A stretch of 64,000 bases of DNA, taken from contig CM060734.1 in assembly GCA_030704615.1 (NCBI GenBank), positions 21,452,001 to 21,516,000 on the forward strand, written 5' to 3'. The translations under genes and the position numbers were made by a program. Of the stretch, positions 34,165-47,291 are shown piece after piece. Below the pieces are notes generated by a model that saw nothing but the letters and a program-made list of their open reading frames with translations, was not told the origin of the DNA and ran no database searches. Each line of letters begins with the position of its first letter. The stretch's first letter is position 1. Source of the DNA: Takakia lepidozioides (lineage: Eukaryota > Plantae > Bryophyta).

Positions 34165-35375
34165 TGTCGCGGCCCTTTTCCTTGAGGGCAGGGGGGGTCG
34201 GGAGGGGCTGCCCCTGTGGTAGGGGCAGTGGCAACAATAGGTACGGGGGCTGAAGCACCCTTGAGTGCCCAAGGCACTGAAGGAGGTGAAGGCGCTCACT
34301 AGGTGGAGCCCCGCACACCGGGTTGCGGTGGGGGTGGTTCCACTAGGGGTGGTGGTAGCTTAGTGGGTCTTAGTGGGTCTTAGTGGGGGTGGCATATGAC
34401 TCACCATGGGGCGGAGACCTTGTGGTGGGAGTCGTGGGGAGTCTTGGGACTCATCACGGTCCATTGGGGCCGTGGTGAGTGGGCCAAGACTCACCGCGAC
34501 TCATCACCGGGAGTCAAGGGTCTTCGTGGTGGTTCGCCATAAAAGGACGGTGTTGTTTGTGAAACCCCCGTGGACAGTCACAGAAGTATATATATGGAGT
34601 AGTAACCCCGAGAACTGTGCAAGCCTATTGGTGACAAAAAACTAGTGAGTAAGTGTCGCACACCTCACTTCGGTAAGCTCCCCTTCAAGTCATAGTAACT
34701 CGCTTTGATGCGCGCGCTAACTCCCCAACTGGCCGCCGGGCCAACTCGGAGCTTCGGCTGCTCACCGGGACATAATGGTCCCCCTTTGCTTCTCCAACAG
34801 ACCCTCCACCAATTTGGGCCTAGTGGAAATTCCTTTTGGTAGATGGCAGTCTGGAATAGCTCCCCACTCCTTGGTCGCTTTCTGGCTCGCACGCTTACTC
34901 ACTAGTTTTTGGTCACCAACGGGCTTGCACCATTCTCGGGGTTACTACTCCCTATATATACTTCTGTGACTGCGCGGGGGTTCCGCAAACAACACCATCC
35001 TTTTATGGCGAACCACCACGAAGACCCTCGATTCCCGGTGACGAGTCGCGGTGAGTCTTGGCCCACCCACCACGACCCCATTGGACCGTGATGAGTCCCA
35101 AGACTCCCCACGACTCCCACCACAAGGTCTCCGCCCCATGGTGAGTCCTATGCCACCCCCACTAAGACCCACTAAACTACCACCACCCCTCGTGGAACCA
35201 CCCCCACCGCAACCCGGTGTGCGGGGCTCCACTTAGTGAGCACCTCCGCCTCCTTGAGTGCCTTGGGCATTCAAGGGTGCTTCAGCCCCTGCATCTATTG
35301 TTGCCACTGCCCCCACCACAGGGGCAGCCCCCCTTGTGTCCCGACCCCCTGCCCTCAAGGCAAAGGGCCGCGACA
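34165..35375. repeat. Two family C LTRs in inverted orientation (partial 34165-34653; full 34654-35375)
   Basis: The first copy begins tgtcgcggccc and is cut at ...gtgagtaag by a full copy tgtcgcacacc...gccgcgaca in the opposite orientation. Confidence 0.9.
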
Positions 35376-36214
35376 CACAAATGCTTGGCAACACTGACAA
35401 GAATCCAAACCTATTAGAACAAGGGAATGGATCTTTGCCCGTGATTTCAGACCTGCTACTGATGTGATGAGTGCTTCTTCCACTCGATTCCCAGGTCTTG
35501 AGCATCTGGACTTCGGACGGGGCCCCGCTTTTGCCAACAATCAGATTTTTACACCGCTTCCTGATCCATTTTACACCGCTTCACAAAGATGGCACCGTAA
35601 GGATAATCTTCAAACTGCCCCACGATGTTGCCAAGAGACTGACACAAGATGCAGACTTCACGTCTTGTGTATCGACTGTCACCAACGTTACACTCGCATA
35701 GCGATAACACACTTCCATCTTTGACCATCACAGAAACAAAAGAGTTATCAAACGTCGGCAGCTTTAAAGCCGGCACAACGATCCCAGAACACTTCTTGGG
35801 TTGATAGATGGTCAGGGGAGGGAGCATTCAAGCATTCTTTGAATTTGCAATACGTACTCACGTTGCCTCGAGCAACACTATCCTGTGCGCTCGTGATCAC
35901 CAACACTGGTGTCCTCCCAATAGCTGTAGTGGGGGCGATTCAAACACATATGGCAGTAAGCACGGTTGAGGGAGCATTTGTTGTAGGCTTGCAAGGTTGC
36001 AAGTATGGATCAAGTCCCTTTAGCCCTGCATTGAGTCTTCCAGGTTTTGACCCAGAGATTCCAGAGCTGATAGAGATGAGGGGCAAACAAAGTTTCTTCT
36101 ATAACTAGCAGCAGCTCTGGGGCAACAAAGAGGCAAAAGGAAAGGCCGCCCATGCAAGGCAGACAAAGGGTGAAGGAGGAATCAAAGTAGAGAGGCAGGA
36201 GTACGCTGCTATCC

Positions 36215-36330
36215 AATAGCCATCCCATAGTCATATCCCCCCTGGGGAATAGCCGTTTCTCCCTAGGGAATAGCCATTTCCCTTGTAGAGTAAGGCCCCG
36301 AATAGCCATTTCCCCCTGGGAATAGCCTGT
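36215..36330. repeat. Short tandem motif AATAGCCATTTCCCCCTGGG (about 5 degenerate copies)
   Basis: Repeated aatagcc...ccctggg units visible directly. Confidence 0.7.
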
Positions 36331-36989
36331 TATCTTAGAATTATTAATTTGTACATATAGACATAATGACCACAACTTCAATTTTTCGCCGATGGATGAG
36401 AACGAAAATGTCGTGTCTCCTTCCAAAACTTTAGAGAATGCCATGTGTGCCCCAGCCATAGATGCTCTGGACTGTCAGTATAATGAGATGAAATGCCAAG
36501 TGAGTATCTAAGTGCCCAAAGCAACAACTCTCTCAGCAGCTCTCACTAGAAGCATTCGTGTCTTTTCGGAATCGACTGGGTGTCCGCCAACCACTCCGGG
36601 AACCACTTGGCAGTAAGCAGGACTACAAGAGAGTTGAAACGGACAATGTGGGCCCACGGGGGCATTTCAGACGGGGGGCAGAAGTGGGGTCAACGACTCC
36701 GGAGTCGTAGCAAAAATCCAGGCTATTTAATTAATTACGTAAATACATAAAATTTGAAAAAGCGGAAATTATAAGTGGTTCTAATTACTGCACATGCGAC
36801 TAGAAATTAGGGTTCATAATTCGATTAATGGAATAAAGATATTTATTCATTAAAGTGAATATATAGTCGACTCAACGACTCCATGAACCACTGCGCATTG
36901 ATTGCACCCGTGATTGGGTGTCACATTTGCTGACGTGTGTTTCACAAGAACAGGCAAACAAAATCTGGCCTTTGGGGGCTTGCATATTT

Positions 36990-39900
36990 TAATATGTACT
37001 GCCTCCACCTGGAAGTGACATGGAAGGTCCATGGTGACATCGTGAAAGCTGGAATTGTAGGGTTTGATATTCTGAACACCGCCCTGGTGGACATGTATGC
37101 CGAATGCGGGAGCATTGAAGATGCGAAGGTAGTGTTCGACTGTGGCTCAACGAGATGTGGTGTCGTGGAGTGCGATGATCGCATTGGCAGCAAGGCAAGG
37201 ATGTATTCATGATTTGTGCAGAGGTAGTGATAGCTGAAGGAGCAGGATAGAGTGTGGGTCCATATTCATCCAAGAGGGTCGGATTTCAAGCTCCATATTA
37301 CCTATGGATCCCTGTGGAAGGATAGCTACAAGAAACCTCCATGGGTAGATGGTTAGCTGGAAGCGGCAGCTGTAGCGGCACAGTTGATAAAATTAGGCAC
37401 CTCAACCATGACCACAGCTTCTGGAAGAGGATCAAGCGAGGGAGTCCACAATGCCTCTTCTGGCACTTATGGGCGTATGAAGATGCTTTATGAGGCAGGC
37501 AGACTGAAAGAGGCTCTACAAACTTTAAGCCAAAGAGGCATTTCAGCAGATGTAGATACGTATGTGTGTCTCTTGCATAAGTGCATCAAGATGAAAGGCC
37601 TAGAAGTTGGAAAGCAGGCGCACAATGACATTATCCAAAGTGGATTCACGCCGAACGTTTTTCTACTCAACAACCTTGTCAACATGTATGTTAAGGGGAG
37701 CATCATGGATGATCATCAAGTGTTCAACACAGAATGCCTCAACGATCTTTGATCACGTGGAATATAATGTTGGCAGGATTACCAAGCATGGGCGTGGTAC
37801 GAATGCTTTGGAGACCTGTGAGCAAATGATGCGCGAAGGGGTGAAGCCCAACCACATCGCGTTTGTATGTGTTTGCACTGCATGTGCAAGCCTGGAAAAG
37901 GGGAACGAGGTCCATGGTGACATCGGTCAAAGCTGAAATTGCACCAGATGTCATTCTGAACGCTGCCCTGACCTGGACATGAATGCCAAATGTGGATGCA
38001 TTGAGGATGCAAAGGGAGTTTTCGACACTATGGCTAAACGAGATGTGGTGTTGTGGAGTGCGATGCTTGCAGGGTATGCACAACAGGGACGTGGGATGGA
38101 TGCTTTGGAGACCTATGATCAAATGATGGGGGAGGGGGTGAAGCTCGGCCACTTTGTGTGCATGAATTGTACCAAATGTCATTCTGAACACTGCCCTGGC
38201 AACTCTGGAAAAGGGGAAAGAGGTCCATGGTGACATCTTCAGAGCTGGAATTGTACCAAATGTCATTCTGAACCATACCCTGGTGGAAATGTATGCAAAA
38301 TGTGGGTGCATCGAGCCTGGACAAAGGCAAAGAGGTGCATGGGGTATCATCAAAGCTGGAATTGTACCAAATGTCATTATGAACACTGCCCGAGCAGCTC
38401 TGGAAAAGGGGAAAGAGGTCCATGGCGACATCTTCAGAGCTGGAATTGTACCAAATGTCATTCTGAACCATATCCTGGTGGACATGTATGCAAAATGTGG
38501 GTGCATTGAGCCTTTGACAAGGGCAAAGAGGTACATGGGGTATCATCAAAGCTGGAATTGTACCAAATGTCATTCTGAACCATACCCTGGTGGACATGTA
38601 TGCAAAATGTGGGTGCATCTAGGATGCAAAGGGAGTGTTCGACACTATGGTTGAACGAGATGTGGTGTCGTGGAGTGCGATGCTTGCAGGGTATGCACGG
38701 CAGGGACGTGGGATGGAGGCTTTGGAGACCTATGAGCAAAGGATGGGGGAAGCACATCATGGTTGTGTGCATTTGCAATGCTTGTGCAAGCCTGGCAGCC
38801 CTGGAGAAGGGCAAGAGGTGCATGGGGATATCATCAAAGCTGGAATTGTGCCAAATGTCAATCTGAACACTGCCCTGGCAGCTTTGGAAATGGGGAAAGA
38901 GGTGCATGGCGACATCTTCAGAGCTGGAATTTTACCAGATGACATTCTGAACAATACCCTGGTGGACATGTTTGCAAAATGTGGGTGCATCTAGGATGCA
39001 AAGGGAGTGTTCGACACTATGGCTGAACGACATGTGGTGTCGTGGAGTGCGATATGATGTGCTTGCAGGGTATGCACAGCAGGGATGTGGAATGGAGGCT
39101 TTGGAGAGCTATGAGCAAATGATGGGGGAAGCACATCATGTTTGTGTGCATTTGCAATGCTTGAGCAAGCCTGGCAGCCGGCCTGGAGAAGGGCAAAGAG
39201 GTGCATGGGGATATCATAAAAGTTGGAATTGTACAAAATGTCAATATGAACACTGCCCTGGTAGCTTTGGAAAAGGGGAAAGAGGCCCACATGGCGACAT
39301 CTTCAGAGGCTGGAATTGTACCAAGGTGAATGCTTGTCAGATTACTAGATGCAAAGAGGTGCATGGTTGCATCGCCAAAGGCAGCAGCTGCAGCGGCACA
39401 GTTGATAAAGTCAGGCACCTCAACCATGACCACAGCTTCTGGAAGAGGATCAAGAGAGGGAGTCCACAATGCCTCTTCTGGCACTTATGGGCATGTGAAG
39501 ATGCTTTGTGAGGCAGGCAGACTGAAAGAGGCTCTACTAACTTTAAACCAAGGAGGCATTTCAGCAGATTCAGATACGTATGTCTGTCTCTTGCATAAGT
39601 GCATCAAGATGAAAGGCCTTGAAGCTAGAAAGCAGGTGCACACTCACATGCACGCCAAATATTTTTCTACTCAACACCCTTGTCAACATGTATGTTATGT
39701 GCGGGCGCATCATGGATGCTCACCAAGTGTTCAACAGAATGCCTCAACGATCTTTCATCATGTGGAACACGATGCTTGCAGGGTGTGCACAGTAGGGGCG
39801 TGGTATGGAGGCCTTGGAGAATGTGGTGAGGGCACCTTCTTCTTCGACCTATTTCAGCCTGTTTTTCCCTCTCATCAGACTCGGCCCTGAATTTATATAT

Positions 39901-42900
39901 TGAGTTGTCAAGGACAATGTGGTGAGGGCACCTTCTTCTTTGACCTATTTCAGCCTGTTTTGCCCTCTCATCAGACTCGGCCCTGAGATGCACATTGAAT
40001 TCTGTAAGTTAGCTCGTTGGGTGGATCTGTGGTGGTTTTGAATGACTATGACAAGTAACTGCCGATGTGGCAGCAGGAAAGTATCCAAAACAGATAACAG
40101 AGATGAGGAGAAGGTGTGGAATGAATACTTTGTTGACCCCAGTGAATGGTGGAACAACTGAGGCAAAAAGTTGAATGCCTATTAGATGACAAAGAGTAGC
40201 AGACGCAATTCAGCATAGGAACTAGTGTGATTGGGTGTTTCCTAGGTTGTCATTGTCAGCTGCTAGCAGCAAGGGCAAAGATGAATGCATGATTTGTGCA
40301 GAGGCATGGATAGCTGAAGGAGAAGGGATAGAGTGTGGGTCCAGATTCATCCAAGAGGGCCGGACTTCAAGCTCCAGATTACCTGTGATTCCATGTGGTC
40401 AATAGCTACAAGAAACCTAAATGGGTAGATGGTCAACTAAAGGCAACAACTGCAGCGGCACAGTTGATAAAATCAGGCATGTCCTCAACCATGACCGCAT
40501 CTTCTGAAAGAGGATCAAGAGAGGGAGTCCACAATGCCTTTTCTGCGGGGCATGTGAAGATGCTTTGTGAGGCAAGCATACTGACAAAGGCTCTAGGTCT
40601 GGAAGCTGGAATTAGGTGCACACTCACATTATCCAAAGTGGATTCATGCCAAATGTTTTTTCTACTCAACACCCTTGTCAACATGTATGTTAAGTGCGGG
40701 AGCATCATGGATGCTTGCCAAGATTTCTACAGAATCCCTCAACGATCTTTGATCATGTGGAATATAATGTTGGCAGGATTTACCAAGCATGGGTGTGGTA
40801 GGAATGCTTTGGCGACCTATGAGCAAATGTTGCGCAAAGGGGTGAAGCCCAACCACATCACGCTTGCGCATGTTTGCAATGCATGTGCAAGCCTGGGACC
40901 TCTGGAAAAGGGGAAAGAGGTCCATGGTGACATCGTCAAAGCTGGAATTGTACCAGATGTCATCCTGAACACTCCCCTGGTGGACGTCTATGCCAAATGT
41001 GGGTGCATTAAGGATGCGAAGGGAGTTTTCAACACTATGGCTGAACCAAATGTGGTGTCATGGAACGCGATGCTTGCAGGGTATGCACAGCAGGGACATG
41101 GTATGGAGGCTTTGGAGACCTATGATCAAATGATGGGGGAAGGGGGGCACCTTCTTCAATAGCACAACGACTACGAGTGGGACGTAGATGGTCAACTAGA
41201 AACAGCAATGGCAGCAGCACAATTGATAGAACAAGGCCCACTGCTAATGAAGGTACCTTCTTCAACATATTTCACCCTGAATTCCCCTGCTATCAGAGTC
41301 GTCCATAAATTTTCATGTTGAATTCTACAAGTTAGCTCGTTGGTGGAACTATGGTAGTGTTGGAGTGATTTTGACATGTTACTGCCAATGTGGTCGACAG
41401 GAAAGTATTGAAAAACAGATAATAGAGATGTGGAGAAGCTCTGGAATGAATACGGATCCGACCCTAGTCAATGGTGGAACAATCCAGGCAAAAAGGTGAA
41501 TGCCTGTTGGAAGCAGACGCAAGTCAACACATGAACTAGTGTGATAAGTAGGGTTGGGGTGTTTGCTGGAACAATTCTAGGGTGTTATTGTCAGCTGCTA
41601 GCATCAAGGCAAGGATGTATGCATGATTTGTGCAGAGGCATGGATAGTTGAAGGAGCAGGGAGCAGTGTGGGTCTAGATTCATCCAAGAGGGCCGGATTT
41701 CAAGCTCCAGATTGCCTACAATTCCCTGTGGAAGCAGCACACACCTCGCACACACAAGAGGTCATCTTGGGTGCATGGTCAGTCAAATCTTCCATGGGTC
41801 ATGACACAACTTCGAGGACAATATGGTGAGGGCACCTTCGACCTATTTCAGCCTATTTTGCCCTCTCATCAGACCCAGCCCTGAATTTACATATTGAATG
41901 CTGTAAGTTAGCTCGTTAGGTGGATGTGGGGTGGTTTGGAGTGACTTTGACAAGTCACTGCTGATGTGGCAGCAAGAAAGTACCCAAAAATAGATAACAA
42001 GATGAAGAGAAGCTTTGGGATGAACACTTTCCGACCCCAGTCAGGGGGGCGACAATGGAGACAAAAAGGTGAGTGATTGTTCGACTACAGAGAGAAGCAG
42101 CTGCAATTCAGAATTGGAACTACTGTTAAGTCCTAGGTTGGGGTGTTTTCTGGAAGAACTTCACGCCGTCATTGTCAGCTGCTAGCAGGAAGGCTGAGGG
42201 ATGTATTCATGATCTGTACACGGGCAGGGATAGCTGAGGGACCAGGGATAGAGGTCCAGATTCATGTTCAGGTTCAGGCTGAGGGATCAATAGCTACAAG
42301 AAATCAGCTGGAGTAGATGGTCAATTGTTGCAAGTGGAAACAATAGCGGCAACACAATTGATAGAATGAGGTGCTGCTAATGAAGGCACCTTCCTCAACA
42401 CATTTCCGCCTGTTTTTCCAAATAGGGTTGGGGTGTAAGAACAAATCTAGGCTGTCATCATCAGCTGCTAGCTGCAAGGCAATGATATATGCATGATTTG
42501 TGCAGAGGCATGGATAGTTGAAGGAGCAGGGATAGAGTGTGGGTGCAGATTCACCCAAGAGGGCCGGGCTTCAAGCCCCAGATTGACTCTATAGCTACAA
42601 CAAACCTGCATGGGTAGATGGTCAACTGGCAGCAGCGGCACAATTTATAAAATCAGACACTGCTAATGAAGGCATCTACTTCAACACATTTCACCTTGTT
42701 TTTCCCTCTTATCAGAATCGGCCCTAAATTTCCATGTTTCATTCTACAAGTTAGCTGGTTGAGTGAATCTAGTTTGGAGTGACTTTAACATGATACTGCT
42801 AATGTGACAACAAGAAAGTATCAAAAAACAAGTAACAGAGATGATGAGACGTTGTGGAATGAATACTGTTCTGCCCCAGTCAATGATGGGACAACCGAGG

Positions 42901-43190
42901 CAAAAAGGTGAATGCCTATTACATTTCATAGACTACAGATGCATTTAGCATAGGAACTAGTGTGAGAAGCTGAGTTGGATGTTTCCTAGAATAAATCTAG
43001 GTCGTCATTGTCAGCTACTAGCAGCAAGGCAAGGATGAATGCATGATTTGTGCAGAGGCATGTGTAGCTGAAGGAGAAAAGAGAGTGTGGGTCCAGATTC
43101 ATCCAAGAGGGCCAGATTTCAAGCACAAGATTACCTATGATTCCCTGTGGATCAATAGCTACAAGAAACCTGCATGGGTAGATGGTCTAT
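36990..43190 (+). pseudogene. Tandem cluster of decayed PLS-class PPR genes with N-terminal intron-split PDF (OSB-type) motif
   Basis: PPR motifs LVDMYAKCGCIEDA, DVVSWSAMLAGYAQQG, ACASLAALEKGKEVH at 37020-39820 and 40540-41160. Repeated exon pairs WNEYFVDPSEWWNN.GKK|GT...AG|IHPRGPDFKHKITYDSLW...PAWVDG. Many stops and frameshifts. Confidence 0.85.
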
Positions 43191-43347
43191 TCCGTGGACT
43201 CAATCTGTCACTGAGTCTTGCATTATGAGGATCACAATTGCTTGGCAGCTTACCTGCACGAGGCCTTGACCCTTAGGCAATCCCCAGAGCAGCAGTAGCT
43301 TTGGGTTGCTTTTTTACTTTGCTTTTTACGCCAAAGTAAAAAAGCAA

Positions 43348-44220
43348 TGTTAACCGCTGGTTTATGACTTAGACAAAACAGGCTAGTAACACTACTGCCC
43401 ATTTCCTAAGACATGCAACAGAGGTTGTCCGATGGTATGCTTTCAGAAACGATTACAAAGTGATCGTTTTAAGGATAGCTAAACCATGAACTTTGGATGA
43501 AGCCATATCCCTGCAGGCTGCTTAATCATATTGATTAAGCCCAATCTACAGTCTCTTAAGCATAAAAGATCTTAGTCGAAAGGACTGAAGCCTCTTGGTT
43601 CCTACAAGCAGATGGTAGTCAAGAGAAAACAAGAACTATTCTGAGATGATATACATTCTCACCATCTCACGTTCTCTCATAATGCACATTCCCTCCATCT
43701 CACATTCACTCTACACAGAGATACTTCGAATAGCATGGCTTTACTTCAGAGCTCATCACATCATTGCAGAATCACTCTGAGTCCCTCTAAATACACATTG
43801 ATCACTGATACTCATACTGCACACCCTCTAAGTTGCGTGCAGTCTTTTTATACTATGCTCGAAAGAGCCGTTACAGCCTGCGGTCGTTAATGACCGTTTG
43901 CCTAACTGCCTACGCAACCTAAAAGGTTTGCTAAAAAGTGGCTCGTTGTAGTGGTCGTGAGCCATAGTGGTAAACGGTCCACTACTCCCTCTATTGGTTA
44001 AAGCCGATGCTAACGTGACCGTGTGATATCGTGGTTCACGGCTCACGGTTACTACACTACCCACTACTGCTCTCGTGGTAATGTACCCTTGTCCCACCAT
44101 TGGCTAAGTACCGCGTACTTAGCCGTCTCTGCCTGTGGCTCAGGTAGTGTACGTCCATCACTACCCGGTATGTCCCGTTGTGACCCTCGTTGTCTGTCCC
44201 TCGTAGCATAGCCGTTATCA
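43348..44220 (-). repeat. LTR family A (3' LTR, 873 bp)
   Basis: TG..CA ends; matches 1747-2617; PPT adjacent. Confidence 0.93.
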
Positions 44221-44268
44221 TTTATCCCCCCCCCCCCCCTCTTTTGAAATTGTGTCCGCACAATTTCG

Positions 44269-47200
44269 TCAGTTCCTGTACTTGTTGTATCTCTTGGGGA
44301 TGTAAGGTGGTGGCATGCCTGTCTGCGAGGTAGGAAGTGCGTCCCAGGATTGTCGTGGTGGCAGCTTCTTGTTCCTGTTATCGTCACTGTCTGGTTGCTC
44401 CTCTGGTTCGTGAGTAGGCCAGCTTTCTTCATCAGGGTGTTCTGCTATCCCGTCCCCACGTACCATATCGATTTTGTTGGTCAAGGTTTTGCGGTAGGTT
44501 TGCAGCTCCTCCTTGGTCCAGGGTATAATGTGTTTTGTTGCCCTGCTGCCCATTAACCAGTTAACAGCTTGGACCCCTGTTTCTCTGAAAGGGTTGTCTC
44601 TGTCCAATACCAATGGTGAAAAGTGGTCCTTCACCTGGCGCCATGCTTCAGCATACAGTGGCCTATTCATATATGTTGAAGTGCCTATGACTCTCTCTGG
44701 TGGCTGGAATTCGGGTAATTCCCAGTGAGTATCTTTTTCAATACTCTCATAGCGCTGCCAGCTTCCCCTCATTGTCACAAACATGTGGTACAAGTAACTG
44801 CCAATATAAAAACTTGGGCATCCCATCACAATGGTTATTGCCGGGGTAGGATTAATCTTCAATTGCCCCACTGCCCACATGTAAGCTACCAGCTCCTTGT
44901 ATTCCATAGGAGTTTGGCGCCAGAATTCAACCAATTCTGCCCCTGACCATGTCTCCTCCTTAGCCAGTGGTCTCATCCTATATCTTAGAGGAATAAGAGT
45001 TTGATTGAGCAGATGCAATTGACCCAATGATTTGCAGGGAGTTAAGGTTTTGAAAACCTTCTCCAGTATTTCTGGGATTTGGTGGGCTGGTACTACCATC
45101 ATTTTAAAGTATTCCTCTGAATACTTTAACCACTCCCCATCCTGCTTGCATGGCATGATTTGGAAATCATCCACTGCTACTGAAGTTGATGCTACCAGGA
45201 CACTTGGTAGTGTTATAGGGTTTACCTCTTGAGTAGATGGCCCTACTATGGCCTATACCAGTGTCTGTTGGCTTGGTGGTGGTTGTGTTGGTGGTGGTGT
45301 TGTTGTTGTTGATTATATTGGTGTCTCTCGTTCGTGATCTTGCTCCTCTTGATCCTCTTCGTCCATGAGTTCCTCTTGTTCTGGAATTGGTGGCAGGAAC
45401 TCCTCATGAATGTCTGTCACCAATTTTGCCAACTGGCACTTCATCTGCCTCACCATTGCCCTGTTGAGTTTCTTCATCTCCAATTTACTCCCTTCATTCA
45501 ACCAGACTCTGGCTTAGGCTGCGTCTGCTGCATCCAACTCTGCTTGCAGTGTCAGCTTCTCCAGCTGCTGCTTCCATTCTTGTTCATTGCCCATGGCAAT
45601 GTCTCTTTCTGTGGTGGCGGTAAACAGCCTGCTCTCAGCATTCTCCCTTTGCTTCAGCAGTGTAGTGTTGTTGTTGAGCCACTTAGTTCCCTGATCTCTG
45701 GCAGTCCTCAGTTGCCCCTTGAGTGTCTCTACCTGCTGCTTTAATGTTTGCACCTTGCCCTGTGAGTGTTTCCACCTCTGTCTCTGTTTTCCGAGATCTC
45801 TCTCGCTCTGCATCGAGGTCGGCTTGGACATGGCGTGTTTTGTCTCTCTGTCTTTCCCACTTTTGCTCCCACTCATCTCTGCGTTGTGCCAATGTGTTGT
45901 ATTGGCGGACTAAGGTCGACTTTTGATCTTCTAATGCTGCAATTGTAACCTCATGGTTACATACTGTTCTTGCAGTGGCCAATTCCCTCTGGTGCTTCTC
46001 TTTGATGTGGTCTAAGATCATGTTCAGGTTTTTCGGGCTGATGTAATCCTTGGCCATGTCCATACAAACTGTCAGTTGCCCCAATGCTTGTATTGCCTGC
46101 AAAATGACATTTTGTGGTGCTTCCTCCAACCCTGTGTCCCATGCTGTTGTATCTAAAACTTGTTGTGCTAGTAGTAATTCCAAATTGGAATTTCTGTCTT
46201 GCTGCTGCTCACTCGGTGCCTCTTGCACCATCTGCTTTTGCTGCTGATCGGGTGCCTGTTGCACTATCTGCTGTTGCTGCTGGTCGGATGCTTGTTGCAC
46301 TATCTGCTGTTGCTGCGCCACTATGTCTCCCTCCTCTGATTGCGTGGCCTCTATGTGTACTGCTTGCTGTGCTTCGGTGTTGCCATGGCTAATTTCCATG
46401 GGCGTTGCTTTGTTGGTCTGTGGTTTGTTCCCTCCTTCTGGCTGTTGATTCTCCCCTTCTCTCTGTACTGGGGAATCAGCCGTCGAGTTGATGATGTCCT
46501 CTGCTGCTGCACTTGTGGTTGCTTCGTTGATCCGGGCTCTCTTTGCAAGTCCGCCCTCTTCTTCTTCCTGACATGTTGCCGTCTCACTTCCTTCTTCCTC
46601 CATTGTGTCTACCCGTTGCATGATTCCCAACGTTGCTTGCTCTTCAGCTGTTAGGTGTACAGTGTGTCGAATCATCTGGAGTAACAATGGAGTTGCCATG
46701 GTAACAGTCGCTTCCTTCTTCTTCTTTGTCAACTTGGTCAGTTCTTGAGTTAACTTCTTCAATAAGAAGCTTGCCCAATTCACGATTTGCCCATTGAAGC
46801 AAATCAACACTTGGTCGATTAGCTCCTTGGTACAGTAGCTATGGTTTTGCCTGAGGCAAAGCAATGTGCTAAGTAATGGGGCTATCTTCCTGAAGCCATG
46901 GTTTTTGTTGTGGCTGCATGTGTAGCCTTCATCTGCTTGGTTGAGATTCTCAAACAAATATGCAAGTACAAACCTTGGAGGTTTGCCGGTGTGCGGTGGT
47001 ACGTCCAGACTGGGAAGGTAAAAATACTTCCGCCAAGTACTTCTCTGTCAGCAGGATGTGCGTGTCGTGGACATTTGTGCTCCGAGTGCTGGTGTTGTAA
47101 TTCTCCAAGAACTCCCTGCATAGCTCGTCGTGCTTCAGGTTCCAGTCCAGCATGGTGATGAAGTATCGCAGGCCAAGACTGTCCAACGTCTCCTGTGTCT

Positions 47201-47291
47201 TTGTGTCTTGCTCAATCTTCCGCAACGCTGGGCTGATTTTGAAATTGACTTGCGCATAAGAACTTGGTGCCTTCCGCTTGGTGCCTGCCAT
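44269..47291 (-). pseudogene. Extra sense-strand 3' ORF(s) of family A: Athila/Transposase_32-like N-terminus, Q-rich and coiled-coil middle, unknown C-terminal domain
   Basis: ORFs 46950-47291 (LCREFLENY...ILLTEKYLAEVFLP), 45683-46957, 45514-45876, 45313-45501 and 44269-45174 are colinear between INT and PPT. Confidence 0.6.

Noticed and set aside
35376-36110. RPA/OB-fold (Helitron-like) coding remnant; also orphan ORF 33808-34164
   Set aside because: Only a vague Cys/YRY pattern across broken frames, which cannot support a call.
38160-39330. CRISPR-like array (about 30-bp repeat with spacers)
   Set aside because: The spacers are themselves repeated PPR coding pieces, there are no cas genes, and the context is eukaryotic.
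1747-44220. The two family A LTRs as the ends of one 42-kb giant element
   Set aside because: The PBS lies left of the first LTR and the PPT right of the second, so both internal regions point outward. They belong to two separate copies.
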